From a virus (lineage: Duplodnaviria; Caudoviricetes), in the IMG/VR virus record IMGVR_UViG_3300048599_000841, positions 1-53,461 of that record: a stretch of DNA of 53,461 nucleotides; one strand, written 5' to 3'. Below are positions 36,885-45,855 of this stretch, in pieces (position 1 is the first letter of the stretch; the number at the start of each line of letters is the position of its first letter). The notes under the pieces were generated by a model that was given only the letters and a program-made list of their open reading frames with translations, did no database searches and was not told the origin of the DNA. Both the position numbers and the translations under genes were made by a program.

Positions 36885-37757
36885 TCAATCCTTCGCGGTC
36901 AGAATGCGGGGATCGAGAGAGCCTCTTCCGCCGCCGCGGTTGTACACCTTCAAAAGCGCCAGCGCCTGCGCGATGTCCGAGGAGGAGCGCTGCTGCCTTC
37001 GCGCTTCATCCCGCAGGTCCTCATACGTCACACTCCGCAGGCGCTTGATGAACCGGTCGCGGTTGATCGCCGCACCGTACTCCATGAGGAGCACATTGAC
37101 TCCGCCCAGAATGTAGCTGGTCAGGCTCCACGCCGCGCCGCTCCAGGTGTCCACGATCAGGCGGAGGATGCGCCCGTATTCCTCCGGGCCGCGATCCTTG
37201 TACAGCTTGTACGCCTTTGCCAGCGCCACGATGGTGTTCTTCGTCGCGCTGCCCGTGCCCTCAGTCAGCGCAAGTCCGGTGTCTGCGGTGCGGGCTCGGA
37301 AATCCTGCGCCTCCGTGCTTCCCGAAATCAGCATCGCGCGTAGCCGGGCGCGGAACGCGACCTCCTTGGATTCCCCGTTCTGAAGGGCGAACAGATACGC
37401 TTCGTCCTCATAGGTCAGACCGTAGAACACCTTGCAGTCCACATGGAACGGGCCGTCTCCATTGATCCGCTTGAGCGCCAGCAGCGTATGAGCACCGTCG
37501 AAAACATAAAAGCCGCCGTTGCGGCTGGAAACCTTCAGGGTGTTCACCACGCGCGGATCGAAGTTTTCCACGATCCGATCCACGCGTGCGGATTCGATGT
37601 CGCGCTGATAGCTGGTGTCCGTCAATAGCGCGTTGCTCATCAACTGACGATACTCATAGCCACAGGTCTTGGTGCACATCCGTACGGCTGTACCCTGAGG
37701 CTGAACGTTCAGAGGGGCGACACTTGCGCGACGGGCGTTCCGGTTTTTCCTACTCAT
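36885..37757 (-). CDS. ParB/Srx-like protein (DUF6551-like)
   Basis: YQR, VS.R.G.FYVFDG.HT and LTYEDEA.LF motifs. Confidence 0.75.
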   Translation of the reverse strand: MSRKNRNARRASVAPLNVQPQGTAVRMCTKTCGYEYRQLMSNALLTDTSYQRDIESARVDRIVENFDPRVVNTLKVSSRNGGFYVFDGAHTLLALKRINGDGPFHVDCKVFYGLTYEDEAYLFALQNGESKEVAFRARLRAMLISGSTEAQDFRARTADTGLALTEGTGSATKNTIVALAKAYKLYKDRGPEEYGRILRLIVDTWSGAAWSLTSYILGGVNVLLMEYGAAINRDRFIKRLRSVTYEDLRDEARRQQRSSSDIAQALALLKVYNRGGGRGSLDPRILTAKD

Positions 37758-38775
37758 GATAAGGCATCTCCTTTACGTGTTCGTCGAAGGCTTTTACGAC
37801 GTTCCCCGCGGACTTCAAAATCTCCCGAAGGGTCTTGGTGTTCTCGGGCGAGGCCATGCCGGGCGTGTACATCTTCGTGGCGTTTGAAGCGCCGGCGAGG
37901 AAGTTATCGGCGATGAGGCGCATGTGCTCCTCCAGATACGAAAACATATCCGGCCGGTCCGGGAGCGGCGCACCCACATGAACGGGGTGTCCCTTGTGCA
38001 TGCCGACCGAGGAAATCGGGCTCGTCGTCACCGGCTCCGGGGTCTGCTTGGCCACATCGGCCGCCTGTTTCGACGCCTCGGCGATCTCCTTTTCGCAGGC
38101 GCGGCACAGCGAAGAGAAGCCGTGACGGTTGGAGGGGATATCAAAATCCGAAACAGGCTTTTCTGCTCCGCACCGGTCACAGGTTTTCAGTTCATCGGCG
38201 TGCTCCTTGTGCATCAGTTGGGTGTACGCCTTGTTGATGGACACCTCGCCCCGGCGAAGCTTCCACTTGGTTTCGTCGTCGGCGGCTTCGGACAGCTTCT
38301 TCACCTTGTGAATCGTGTCGTGAGAGACGCCTGCAAGCGTTCCCAATTTCTTCAACGTCCTCCCCGCACCGTTCTGTTGATCAGAATTCTGATCAACAGG
38401 TTCGCCATCAATCGGTTTGCGGATCTGCCGCTCTTTTGCCTGTGCCTTGAACAGCGGTTCGAACTTCATCACCAGCTCGCCCCGCTGATACGAGCTCAAA
38501 TTCCGTCGCCCCAGCTGGTTGGTAATGATCCATAAAAGCACATCCTGGTGGCTCTCGAAGTCCTTCTCCCGCACGGCAAAGGGTACACTGTGTTTCTGGC
38601 AAATCTCGTAGCGATTATGACCGTCCACGATCACACCGTTCCAGACAATCAGTGGCGTTTCGCAGCCATCCTTCAGAATGCTGGTTTCCAGCAGCTCCCG
38701 CTCCTCATCCGTCAGCGGGGGAATCAGGTCGCGAAACTCCGGGTCGATGGTTAACGTCCTCGGTTTCTTTTCCAT
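37750..38775 (-). CDS. ParB-like N-terminal domain protein with HTH and zinc ribbon
   Basis: IDPEFRDLIPPL, VDGHNRYEIC, NQLGRRNL, AGVSHDTI.KV, CDRC...CRAC. Confidence 0.8.
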   Translation of the reverse strand: MEKKPRTLTIDPEFRDLIPPLTDEERELLETSILKDGCETPLIVWNGVIVDGHNRYEICQKHSVPFAVREKDFESHQDVLLWIITNQLGRRNLSSYQRGELVMKFEPLFKAQAKERQIRKPIDGEPVDQNSDQQNGAGRTLKKLGTLAGVSHDTIHKVKKLSEAADDETKWKLRRGEVSINKAYTQLMHKEHADELKTCDRCGAEKPVSDFDIPSNRHGFSSLCRACEKEIAEASKQAADVAKQTPEPVTTSPISSVGMHKGHPVHVGAPLPDRPDMFSYLEEHMRLIADNFLAGASNATKMYTPGMASPENTKTLREILKSAGNVVKAFDEHVKEMPYHE

Positions 38776-38777
38776 GG

Positions 38778-39083
38778 TCAATTCCTCCTCGTCCGTTCTT
38801 CGTCCGCCTGCCCGATGACGGCTTTCACATCTTCCACGCTCTCCACCCGGCAAGCGATGCCGCCGGCGCGGTTGATCTTGTCGATGGCCCGCTTCTGAAG
38901 CTCCGTTAGCCGGCCGCCCGGCAGCTTGGCCTCCAGCCCCAGAAAGCGGCCCTTGTAGCAGCACACGATGTCGGGAACACCGCTGGAACCGAACGCGCTG
39001 CCGTGCTCCTTGAAATAAAAAACGTCGCTTCCCAGCGACGTTAGGTACCGCCGAATGGCAGCGATCAGGTCACGTTCCAGCAT
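38778..39083 (-). CDS. VRR-NUC domain nuclease
   Basis: GVPDI...G.F..LEAK.PGGRL..LQ motif. Confidence 0.9.
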   Translation of the reverse strand: MLERDLIAAIRRYLTSLGSDVFYFKEHGSAFGSSGVPDIVCCYKGRFLGLEAKLPGGRLTELQKRAIDKINRAGGIACRVESVEDVKAVIGQADEERTRRN

Positions 39084-40476
39084 GTATGATCCCCTCCATC
39101 CTCGCCCTCACCGCCTGCAAAAGCGCGTTCTGGTCGGCAGCCTTGTCATGGAGCGCCTTCATCACCTGTTCGTCCATGGTGTCTCTGACCATCAGGTGGT
39201 GAATGACTACCGTCTCCCTCTGCCCCTGGCGCCAGAGCCGGGCGTTGGCCTGTTCATACAGTTCCAGGCTCCAGTTCAGGCCGAACCATACGATGGTGGA
39301 GCCGCCGTGCTGGAGATTGAGGCCGTGGCCGGTGGAGGCTGGCTGTGTCACAGCGACGGGTACGCGGCCGGCGTTCCAGTCCTCCATGTCCTGAGTGCTC
39401 TTCAGCTCGCGCACACCGTCCGGCGTATCCGCGCTCCACTTCCCGAACCGTTCCTGAATCCTGGTGAGGTCGTGCTTGTAGGCGTAGAGTACCAGCACCG
39501 GTTTTCCGTTGGCAGCTTCGATCAGGTCCTCCAACGCGTCCAACTTCCGGTCGTGAATCACGCGGATGTTGTGGAATTCGTCGTACACCGCGCCGTTGGA
39601 CAGTTGGAGGAGTTTCCCGGCTAGCGTCGCGGCGTTCAGCGCCAGCACATCGCCGTCCGCGTAGGGGAGCAGCATTTCCCGCTCCATCTGCTTGTAGAGC
39701 TTTTCTTCCCCGGGGGAGAGAGCCAGTTCCACCACATTGTCGATCCGGTTGGGCATGTTCAGGTGGTCCGCCGCCCGCATGGACACGCAGATGTCTGAGA
39801 GCCGATGGTAGATGTCCGCCTCCGCGCCGGGTTTCAGTTCCCGCTTGTAGGGCTGCCAGGCGTTCGGCGTTATGAAAAACAGATCCAGATACGTGCGCAT
39901 TGTCCGCCCAAGCCGTTTTCCGCGATCCAGCAGGAAAACCTGCGGCCAGAGATCCTCCATCCCATTGGGGGCAGGGGTGCCGGTCAGTCCTACGACGCGA
40001 TCAAACTGGCCGATCACCTTTTTGAGCGCCAGGAACCGCTTGGCCCGGCTGTTCTTGAAGGAGCTGAGCTCATCGATCACCAACATATCGAAGGGGAGCT
40101 TCCGTCCTGCGTAGTGCTTTACCAGCCATTCTACATTCTCGCGGTTGATGATGTACAGCTCCGCTTTGCGAGACAGCGCCACGATCCGTTCCTTGGGCGT
40201 GCCGAGGATACGCTCCATCCGAATGCCTCTTAGGTGTCCCCACTTCGAAAGCTCGGCAATCCACGTGTCCCGCGCCACGCGCAGCGGGGCGATAATCAAA
40301 ACACGGCTGATCTCGTAGCTGTCGTACAACAGGTGCGAGATCGCCGTGAGCGCGATAGAAGTTTTCCCAAGGCCCATATCCAGGAAGATGCCGCAGGACG
40401 AGTGCTCCTCAATAAAGTCCACGCAAAAGGTCTGATACGTATGAAGATCGCTTTCCGTCAGGAACCTCTCTCCCAA
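39070..40476 (-). CDS. SNF2-family DEAD/DEAH helicase
   Basis: LDMGLGKT, VIDELSSFK, GLTGTP, GHGLNLQ and QANARLWRQGQ motifs. Confidence 0.93.
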   Translation of the reverse strand: MGERFLTESDLHTYQTFCVDFIEEHSSCGIFLDMGLGKTSIALTAISHLLYDSYEISRVLIIAPLRVARDTWIAELSKWGHLRGIRMERILGTPKERIVALSRKAELYIINRENVEWLVKHYAGRKLPFDMLVIDELSSFKNSRAKRFLALKKVIGQFDRVVGLTGTPAPNGMEDLWPQVFLLDRGKRLGRTMRTYLDLFFITPNAWQPYKRELKPGAEADIYHRLSDICVSMRAADHLNMPNRIDNVVELALSPGEEKLYKQMEREMLLPYADGDVLALNAATLAGKLLQLSNGAVYDEFHNIRVIHDRKLDALEDLIEAANGKPVLVLYAYKHDLTRIQERFGKWSADTPDGVRELKSTQDMEDWNAGRVPVAVTQPASTGHGLNLQHGGSTIVWFGLNWSLELYEQANARLWRQGQRETVVIHHLMVRDTMDEQVMKALHDKAADQNALLQAVRARMEGIIHAGT

Positions 40477-40608
40477 ATTCCATCACCTCCGTATTGCGGC
40501 ATAGCCGCAGACGAAGATAACCCCGGCGGTAGCATGCCATGCCCTAACAGCACAGCTTGCATGCACCGGGGTTATCAACGCCTATCCCGTTTTTATTCTG
40601 CTTTCACA

Positions 40609-40827
40609 TCATCCGCACGTAAACCTCGCTCGCCGAAAGTCCCTATAGGCGCGCTTGAACACCTCGATCGCTTCGTCACAGGCAAACTTCCCATCCAGAT
40701 AGTTCAGAATGACCGTACGATCGCAGGTATTGGGAAAATCTCCGGACCGTTTCATGTCTCCCGCCAAATCACCACGCGGCGAGTCTTTCCCGGCATACCG
40801 AGAGAGCATCCACTCGTAGAAGGACAC
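40609..40827 (-). CDS. YozE/SAM-like small protein
   Basis: SFYEWM......DSPRGDLA.DM....DFP motif; GTG start after GGAGGTG. Confidence 0.75.
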   Translation of the reverse strand: MSFYEWMLSRYAGKDSPRGDLAGDMKRSGDFPNTCDRTVILNYLDGKFACDEAIEVFKRAYRDFRRARFTCG

Positions 40828-40875
40828 ACCGTTCACCTCCAGCATCGCCATTTCGGGTTCATCAGCCGCTCTTTC

Positions 40876-41072
40876 GGAACAAGAAAACAAACAGAACAGC
40901 ATTTCCTTACGCGCGCATATGCGTATATACACATGCATCCTTCTTCTTTCTTTATTATTCTCATATCTCATAAGGAGTTTTTTGTTCCATTGTTCTCTTG
41001 TCCGATCCTTTCTTATTAAAGGTGCATAGAACAACACCGTAACAAGCTCTTTTGAGGTTGTTACGGTTGTTC
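40876..41072. other. Putative replication origin region
   Basis: AT-rich tract right after the primase-helicase, with repeated AACA/TGTT motifs, alternating purine-pyrimidine runs and an inverted repeat GAACAACACCGTAACAA...TTGTTACGGTTGTTC (41029-41072). Confidence 0.5.
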
Positions 41073-43439
41073 CCGAATGTAAGCACGCTGCCTGCCATAG
41101 ATCGGGAACTGCATCAGCCCACCCGCTTTGGTGGCTTTTGACCATCCGCCGAGCCTGCGCAGCATCGTCGCGATCTCGAAGGAGTCGGACTTTTTGATGG
41201 CCGAAGCGTCTTTGCCCAGGCACTCGCACCAGATCTCCATGTTGCACACGTGCTTTCGCTGCACGGATCCAGTGTGCGTCGGGCCGCCGAACTCACTGCC
41301 GTTCAGGAAATTGCGCCGCTCAAACAGATCCATGTCGTCCCACTGCTCCGGCAGCGGCCGCTCCAAGTACGCATGCACGAGGCCCTCGCGCTCGTCCGTC
41401 TCCAGAGCGTCCCGTTGACTGTCCTGCGCCGCCTGCGCATCCTCGCCCTCGAGGTACAGTCTCTCTCCCGCGCGGTGGATGTGCAGCGCCTCCGCCCATA
41501 TTTGGTCGACCTCGGCCTGGGTCAGCGCCCAGGGCTTCTTCGCGCATTCCCCGCTGACGCTCACCGGCCAGAAACGCCGGTTGCCGGTGATGTCCCGGAG
41601 AAAGCCCGTTTCCGAGTTGGTGCTACCCACGATCACGCACTGGCGTGGATGGTTCTCCACGCTAAAGCCGTAGCTGGCGCGGTACTTGTCGTCTACACGA
41701 CTGATGAAGGATTTCACTGTCTCCACATCCGCCTTGCGCATGCCGGCCAGCTCGCCCAGCTCCAATAGCCAAAATCCCTGCAGCTTTTCCGCACCGGTCT
41801 TATCCCGCATCTCGGTCAGCGTCAGGCTGTCTGAGAACCATTCACCGGCCAGCTTGGAAAAGAAGGTGCTCTTGCCGATCCCCTGCGGGCCGTTCAGGAT
41901 GAGCACGCTATCAAACTTCGTTCCCGGCCGGTAGATGCGCGCCACCGCCGCCACCAGCGTCTTGCGCATGATGGCTCGGGTGTAGCCGCTGTCCACTGCA
42001 CCAAAGTAGTCCGTGAGAAGCGCATCCACCCGGGGGATTCCGTCCCAGACAGGCAGCCCTTCCAGGTATTCCTCAATGGGGTGATACGAGCGTGAGGCCG
42101 CCACGGCCAGAACGGCGTCCTTGGTCTTGGTGGGCGAGTATAGCCGGTAGATACTGCTCAGGTACACCTTGATCGCCGCGTTGTCCGAGTCGTTCCAGCC
42201 CGGCTTGATCTGCTCCCAGGGCAGGGGTTCCTTGGCGTCGATGCCGTCCCGGTGGCGGTTGAAGGCGATGCCCTTGAGCTTCAGATCGTGCTTCAGAATC
42301 AGGACGAGGTTGTCCAGGGTATCCTTGACGTTCCCGGCCTTGTCCAGCTCCAGCTTCTGCTGCCAGTCCGGATCTTCCTTCTCATCCGTGAAGTCCTCCT
42401 CTGCCTGCTGAAGCCGCTCCTCCGCAAGCTGCCGCCGGGTGGCCTCGTCGTTTGCCGCGTATTCCTGCATGGCCTTCATGCTGGCGCGCTCATCTGCGAT
42501 CTCCCCGATGCCGGGGGTGAACAGGTGCAGGCGCACCAGATCGAACGCGTTGCACAACTGCCCGCCGGCCGGATCGGTAGCATGGTGGGAATAGGCATGC
42601 TTATCCTCGTAAATGACCAGGCCCCCCGTGGTGCTGCCGCCCACAAAAGAGAACCGATCGTCGAAAGCGGAGGAGGTGTATTTGTCCGCGAGGATGCTCT
42701 CCAGCACATCGGTGATGGAGTGCGCCCGGCAGAACGCGCCGATGATGCCGCGTTTGATGAGCGGGTCCTCCTGCTTGCCCACATTGGCGCGCACGCGCTC
42801 CTCCAGCGGTTTCGTGGTAGGCCAGAGCGAAGCGTCCCGCCAGTCAGCATAGGTGGTAAGCACCACATCCGGATCGAGGAACGGCTTGTCGGAGAAGCGG
42901 AACACGAACTCGCCGTCATCGGGCGTCGAAGGCCAGTACATCAGGCGAGAGGGTTCGAAGGTGGTCGGGTCGAAGCGCGACAGCGTCAGATCGTCCGCCA
43001 CCCGCCGGGCGATGGCCGCGTACTCGTCCGGCGTCACGGCGCGGGAGAGCGGGATGATGAGCCGGAGCCGCATCTTCTCCGGCGTGTGGCTGTGGGTGGA
43101 GTAGAGCGCGTAGGCGTTGATGAACGTCACATCGAGGTCGTCGAAAATGCCCTCATCGACGTGGTCGATGTCCAGGCACGCAAGGCAGCGATTGATGACC
43201 GAAGCGTTGTTGCGCTTGCCGTTTTTCAGGTATCCGCCGACAAAGCCGCCGACGTCTTTCACGGTGTCCTTGTCCGCCTTGGCCATAGCCGCATACTCCG
43301 CCACTGTCTCGCGGGTGCGGGTTGTTGAGGCGAGCTTGTCCATGAACTCGCTCCAAAGGATCTCCTTGTTCTGCCACGTCGAGGCGCGTCGGCTCCGGCC
43401 GAAGGCGATCAGGAGCTTTTTGTCGTGGGTGACCTTCAT
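41061..43439 (-). CDS. VapE-family primase-helicase (virulence-associated protein E)
   Basis: KDVGGFVGG, YSTHSH, RLMYWPS, Walker A GPQGIGKST, ELGEL and LRDITGNRRFWP motifs. Confidence 0.93.
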   Translation of the reverse strand: MKVTHDKKLLIAFGRSRRASTWQNKEILWSEFMDKLASTTRTRETVAEYAAMAKADKDTVKDVGGFVGGYLKNGKRNNASVINRCLACLDIDHVDEGIFDDLDVTFINAYALYSTHSHTPEKMRLRLIIPLSRAVTPDEYAAIARRVADDLTLSRFDPTTFEPSRLMYWPSTPDDGEFVFRFSDKPFLDPDVVLTTYADWRDASLWPTTKPLEERVRANVGKQEDPLIKRGIIGAFCRAHSITDVLESILADKYTSSAFDDRFSFVGGSTTGGLVIYEDKHAYSHHATDPAGGQLCNAFDLVRLHLFTPGIGEIADERASMKAMQEYAANDEATRRQLAEERLQQAEEDFTDEKEDPDWQQKLELDKAGNVKDTLDNLVLILKHDLKLKGIAFNRHRDGIDAKEPLPWEQIKPGWNDSDNAAIKVYLSSIYRLYSPTKTKDAVLAVAASRSYHPIEEYLEGLPVWDGIPRVDALLTDYFGAVDSGYTRAIMRKTLVAAVARIYRPGTKFDSVLILNGPQGIGKSTFFSKLAGEWFSDSLTLTEMRDKTGAEKLQGFWLLELGELAGMRKADVETVKSFISRVDDKYRASYGFSVENHPRQCVIVGSTNSETGFLRDITGNRRFWPVSVSGECAKKPWALTQAEVDQIWAEALHIHRAGERLYLEGEDAQAAQDSQRDALETDEREGLVHAYLERPLPEQWDDMDLFERRNFLNGSEFGGPTHTGSVQRKHVCNMEIWCECLGKDASAIKKSDSFEIATMLRRLGGWSKATKAGGLMQFPIYGRQRAYIREQP

Positions 43440-43469
43440 GGTGTTCCTCCTTCGTCATGATGGGATAAG

Positions 43470-43517
43470 AAAAGGGGCTGTCTCAAAGCGCAAAGATCGC
43501 TTAGAAACAGCCTTTCT
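43470..43517. repeat. REP/MITE-like imperfect palindrome
   Basis: GGCTGTCTCAAAGCG-caaagat-CGCTTAGAAACAGCC. Confidence 0.45.
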
Positions 43518-43597
43518 ACCTCAAGCCGTTATGCTCCCAGAAACCCAGATCGTTGCTTCCACGAAGGGTGGGATGAAACGCGGTTGGCGTCGCGAGA

Positions 43598-44557
43598 TTA
43601 TCCCGCCCCATCCAACCAAACGATCGGCTCCGCATCTTCTGTGAAAATCATCATATCGTCTTCGGGTGCGATCTCGCTAATCTCGCTTTCAACGCCGTCG
43701 GGCGCATTGAACAGGTGAACTTCGAGCTTGTTCTCCTCGAAATTGACCCACAAGGCTTGGATGTGCAAACGCAACATCGAGGGCGTCAAGGTCTCCTGCA
43801 GATCCCGCAGTTCCTTCAGCGAGTACTTCGCGGGGTGTATTTGGACGAAGTCCTGGCCGATGCCGGGAACATCGATGGGCTTCCCATCGAGCTGGTTGAC
43901 GATGATCACCTTGGAATTGTCACTCAGGTAGTAGCCGCCGTGTTCCGACTCGCTCAGTTTCGCCAGTTCCTCAAGCACTTTGCCGACCGCCTCGGTCATG
44001 GCCGGCTCCGACGCCTGCGCAGTGACGGCAGGCGATCCCAAGTATATGATCGTTTTCAGCGCGTTCAAGAGAGCCGCATACCCGTCCTCGCCGCCGGTCG
44101 CGGCAATCAGTACCAGCGAGTTCCCATGCCAGCAGTGGCACAGGAAGTACGGCATACCAAAGGCGGTGCCCTCCTCCACATAGGCGGTCATGTCGCTCTC
44201 CGGGATGCCCAGGTCCAGCGGATACGTCTTTCCCACCGTAAACGCCTTGTAGACACCCGTCAGGAACGCGTCCTCGAGGTAGGCCTGCTCGAATTCCTCC
44301 CGGGGCAGCGAGGATTCCGTCGCATAGTAATCGGTTATCACGCAGGAGGTGTCTCCCGTGACGAGGGTGTACTGGGTCCTCTCCATCGACGTGTCCGCAA
44401 AGTCAAATATCGCACTTTCGCAGGTAGACGTTGGCGTTCCCGGCAGCTGAATCTGCAGGAAATCCACCCGGAACACGGACGGCGGCGTTTCCGCGGCCAG
44501 CGCCGGCGGGTAGGCGAAGAAAAGAAAGGACAACAGCAGCGCGAACAGCTTCTTCAT
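43598..44557 (-). CDS. Secreted acidic hypothetical protein (moron)
   Basis: Signal peptide MKKLFALLLSFLFFAYPPALA-A. Confidence 0.8.
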   Translation of the reverse strand: MKKLFALLLSFLFFAYPPALAAETPPSVFRVDFLQIQLPGTPTSTCESAIFDFADTSMERTQYTLVTGDTSCVITDYYATESSLPREEFEQAYLEDAFLTGVYKAFTVGKTYPLDLGIPESDMTAYVEEGTAFGMPYFLCHCWHGNSLVLIAATGGEDGYAALLNALKTIIYLGSPAVTAQASEPAMTEAVGKVLEELAKLSESEHGGYYLSDNSKVIIVNQLDGKPIDVPGIGQDFVQIHPAKYSLKELRDLQETLTPSMLRLHIQALWVNFEENKLEVHLFNAPDGVESEISEIAPEDDMMIFTEDAEPIVWLDGAG

Positions 44558-44627
44558 GAATCAACCCCCCGTATTACTTTGCGCCTGGAACTCGACTTAA
44601 GCGGACAAACACCACGCATTGGCCGGT

Positions 44628-45782
44628 TCAGTTCGTTTGCTTCAACACTATGGAATGGATGTCCGCAAAGATTTTCCAGAACTGGGCGTTGGCCTTTTCG
44701 GAGATCTCGTAGCACATCGCGCTTCCGAAGACCAACGTGTCGCAGCTGTCGGTGGCCTTGTGCACCGTCACCACGCGGCCGTCCTTCATGACCATCGTCA
44801 AAACAGCGGTGAAGGGACAGTTACTCAAGTCCGTCTTCCTGGCGCGCGTTAAGATGGAGGCTAGCTTTTTGAGCGCCTCTTTGTCTTCTATCACCTGGGT
44901 GCTGGTTTCGCCCTGACGGGTGGTGATCGTCATGGTCGCCCGGACGATCGTGCCAATATCATTGGGCGAAGCGACAGTAAAGCCGCACCTTTCAGCCGCC
45001 ATCGCGTACAACGAGACGGGGATGTCCCGCACACTCTCTCCGTACTCGACTTTGGCATCGCTTGTGATCAGTGATATCGAGTCACCGATCGTTTCGGATT
45101 TGAAGACGTATTGGTCGGACGCCGCTGCTTTCAGGTCGGCCTCCGTCAGACGGATGTATTCGTAGCGGGACTTTCCGTTTTCCTGCAGGTGGACGCTCAG
45201 GTAGGGGACGGGCGGCGCGCAGACGGTGACGCCCCGTCGAGTTGCGTCCCTGAGATACTCCATGTCCCCGCCCGTGGCATAGCCGTAGAGTTCGTTATAT
45301 TCTAGCCCAAACCCTTTCTCGCGCGCGTAAGCGCCAGGTACGACGATCAGGACACCGGGCGAATCGGCGTTGTAGAAAACGCGCGAGCCATCCGACAAGC
45401 GGTCCGCGGCCCCCCGCCCTTCCGCCGCCGGATTTCGGCTGACTTTCAGAACGCCCGCAATGTAGCCGTACTGGCTGTCAAGGCTCACCCGGCCGGTCAA
45501 ATTGTAGTTATCCGAGATATCCCCGAGCCTTGCGACAGAATCATTCAGCGTCTGTTCGTCCATGGGGCCAAAAGAATACCACGGGAGCTGCGCCTCAAGA
45601 ATGTCCGGCAGACCGCCGCTGGTCACGTAGATCGCCGTGGGACCGTCCGCGCCGCCGATGACCGCGACGGACTGCCCGCCTGCAGCCTCTTCTGCAAGCG
45701 CACGGCCCGCAAATGCGGCTAAGAGTAACACCAATACTACCCACGCGGGCAGCTCTATCCTATTTCCATACTTCTCCGGCAT
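44628..45782 (-). CDS. Secreted hypothetical protein with an N-terminal IGGADGPT motif (moron)
   Basis: RBS AGAGGAGG, ATG at 45782, signal peptide ending ALA-EE. Confidence 0.75.
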   Translation of the reverse strand: MPEKYGNRIELPAWVVLVLLLAAFAGRALAEEAAGGQSVAVIGGADGPTAIYVTSGGLPDILEAQLPWYSFGPMDEQTLNDSVARLGDISDNYNLTGRVSLDSQYGYIAGVLKVSRNPAAEGRGAADRLSDGSRVFYNADSPGVLIVVPGAYAREKGFGLEYNELYGYATGGDMEYLRDATRRGVTVCAPPVPYLSVHLQENGKSRYEYIRLTEADLKAAASDQYVFKSETIGDSISLITSDAKVEYGESVRDIPVSLYAMAAERCGFTVASPNDIGTIVRATMTITTRQGETSTQVIEDKEALKKLASILTRARKTDLSNCPFTAVLTMVMKDGRVVTVHKATDSCDTLVFGSAMCYEISEKANAQFWKIFADIHSIVLKQTN

Positions 45783-45855
45783 ACTCGTCGCCTCCTCTTT
45801 GTAATAGACAAACCTACCTGCCAATATGTTGCTAAACAGTCGACAACATAGATAT

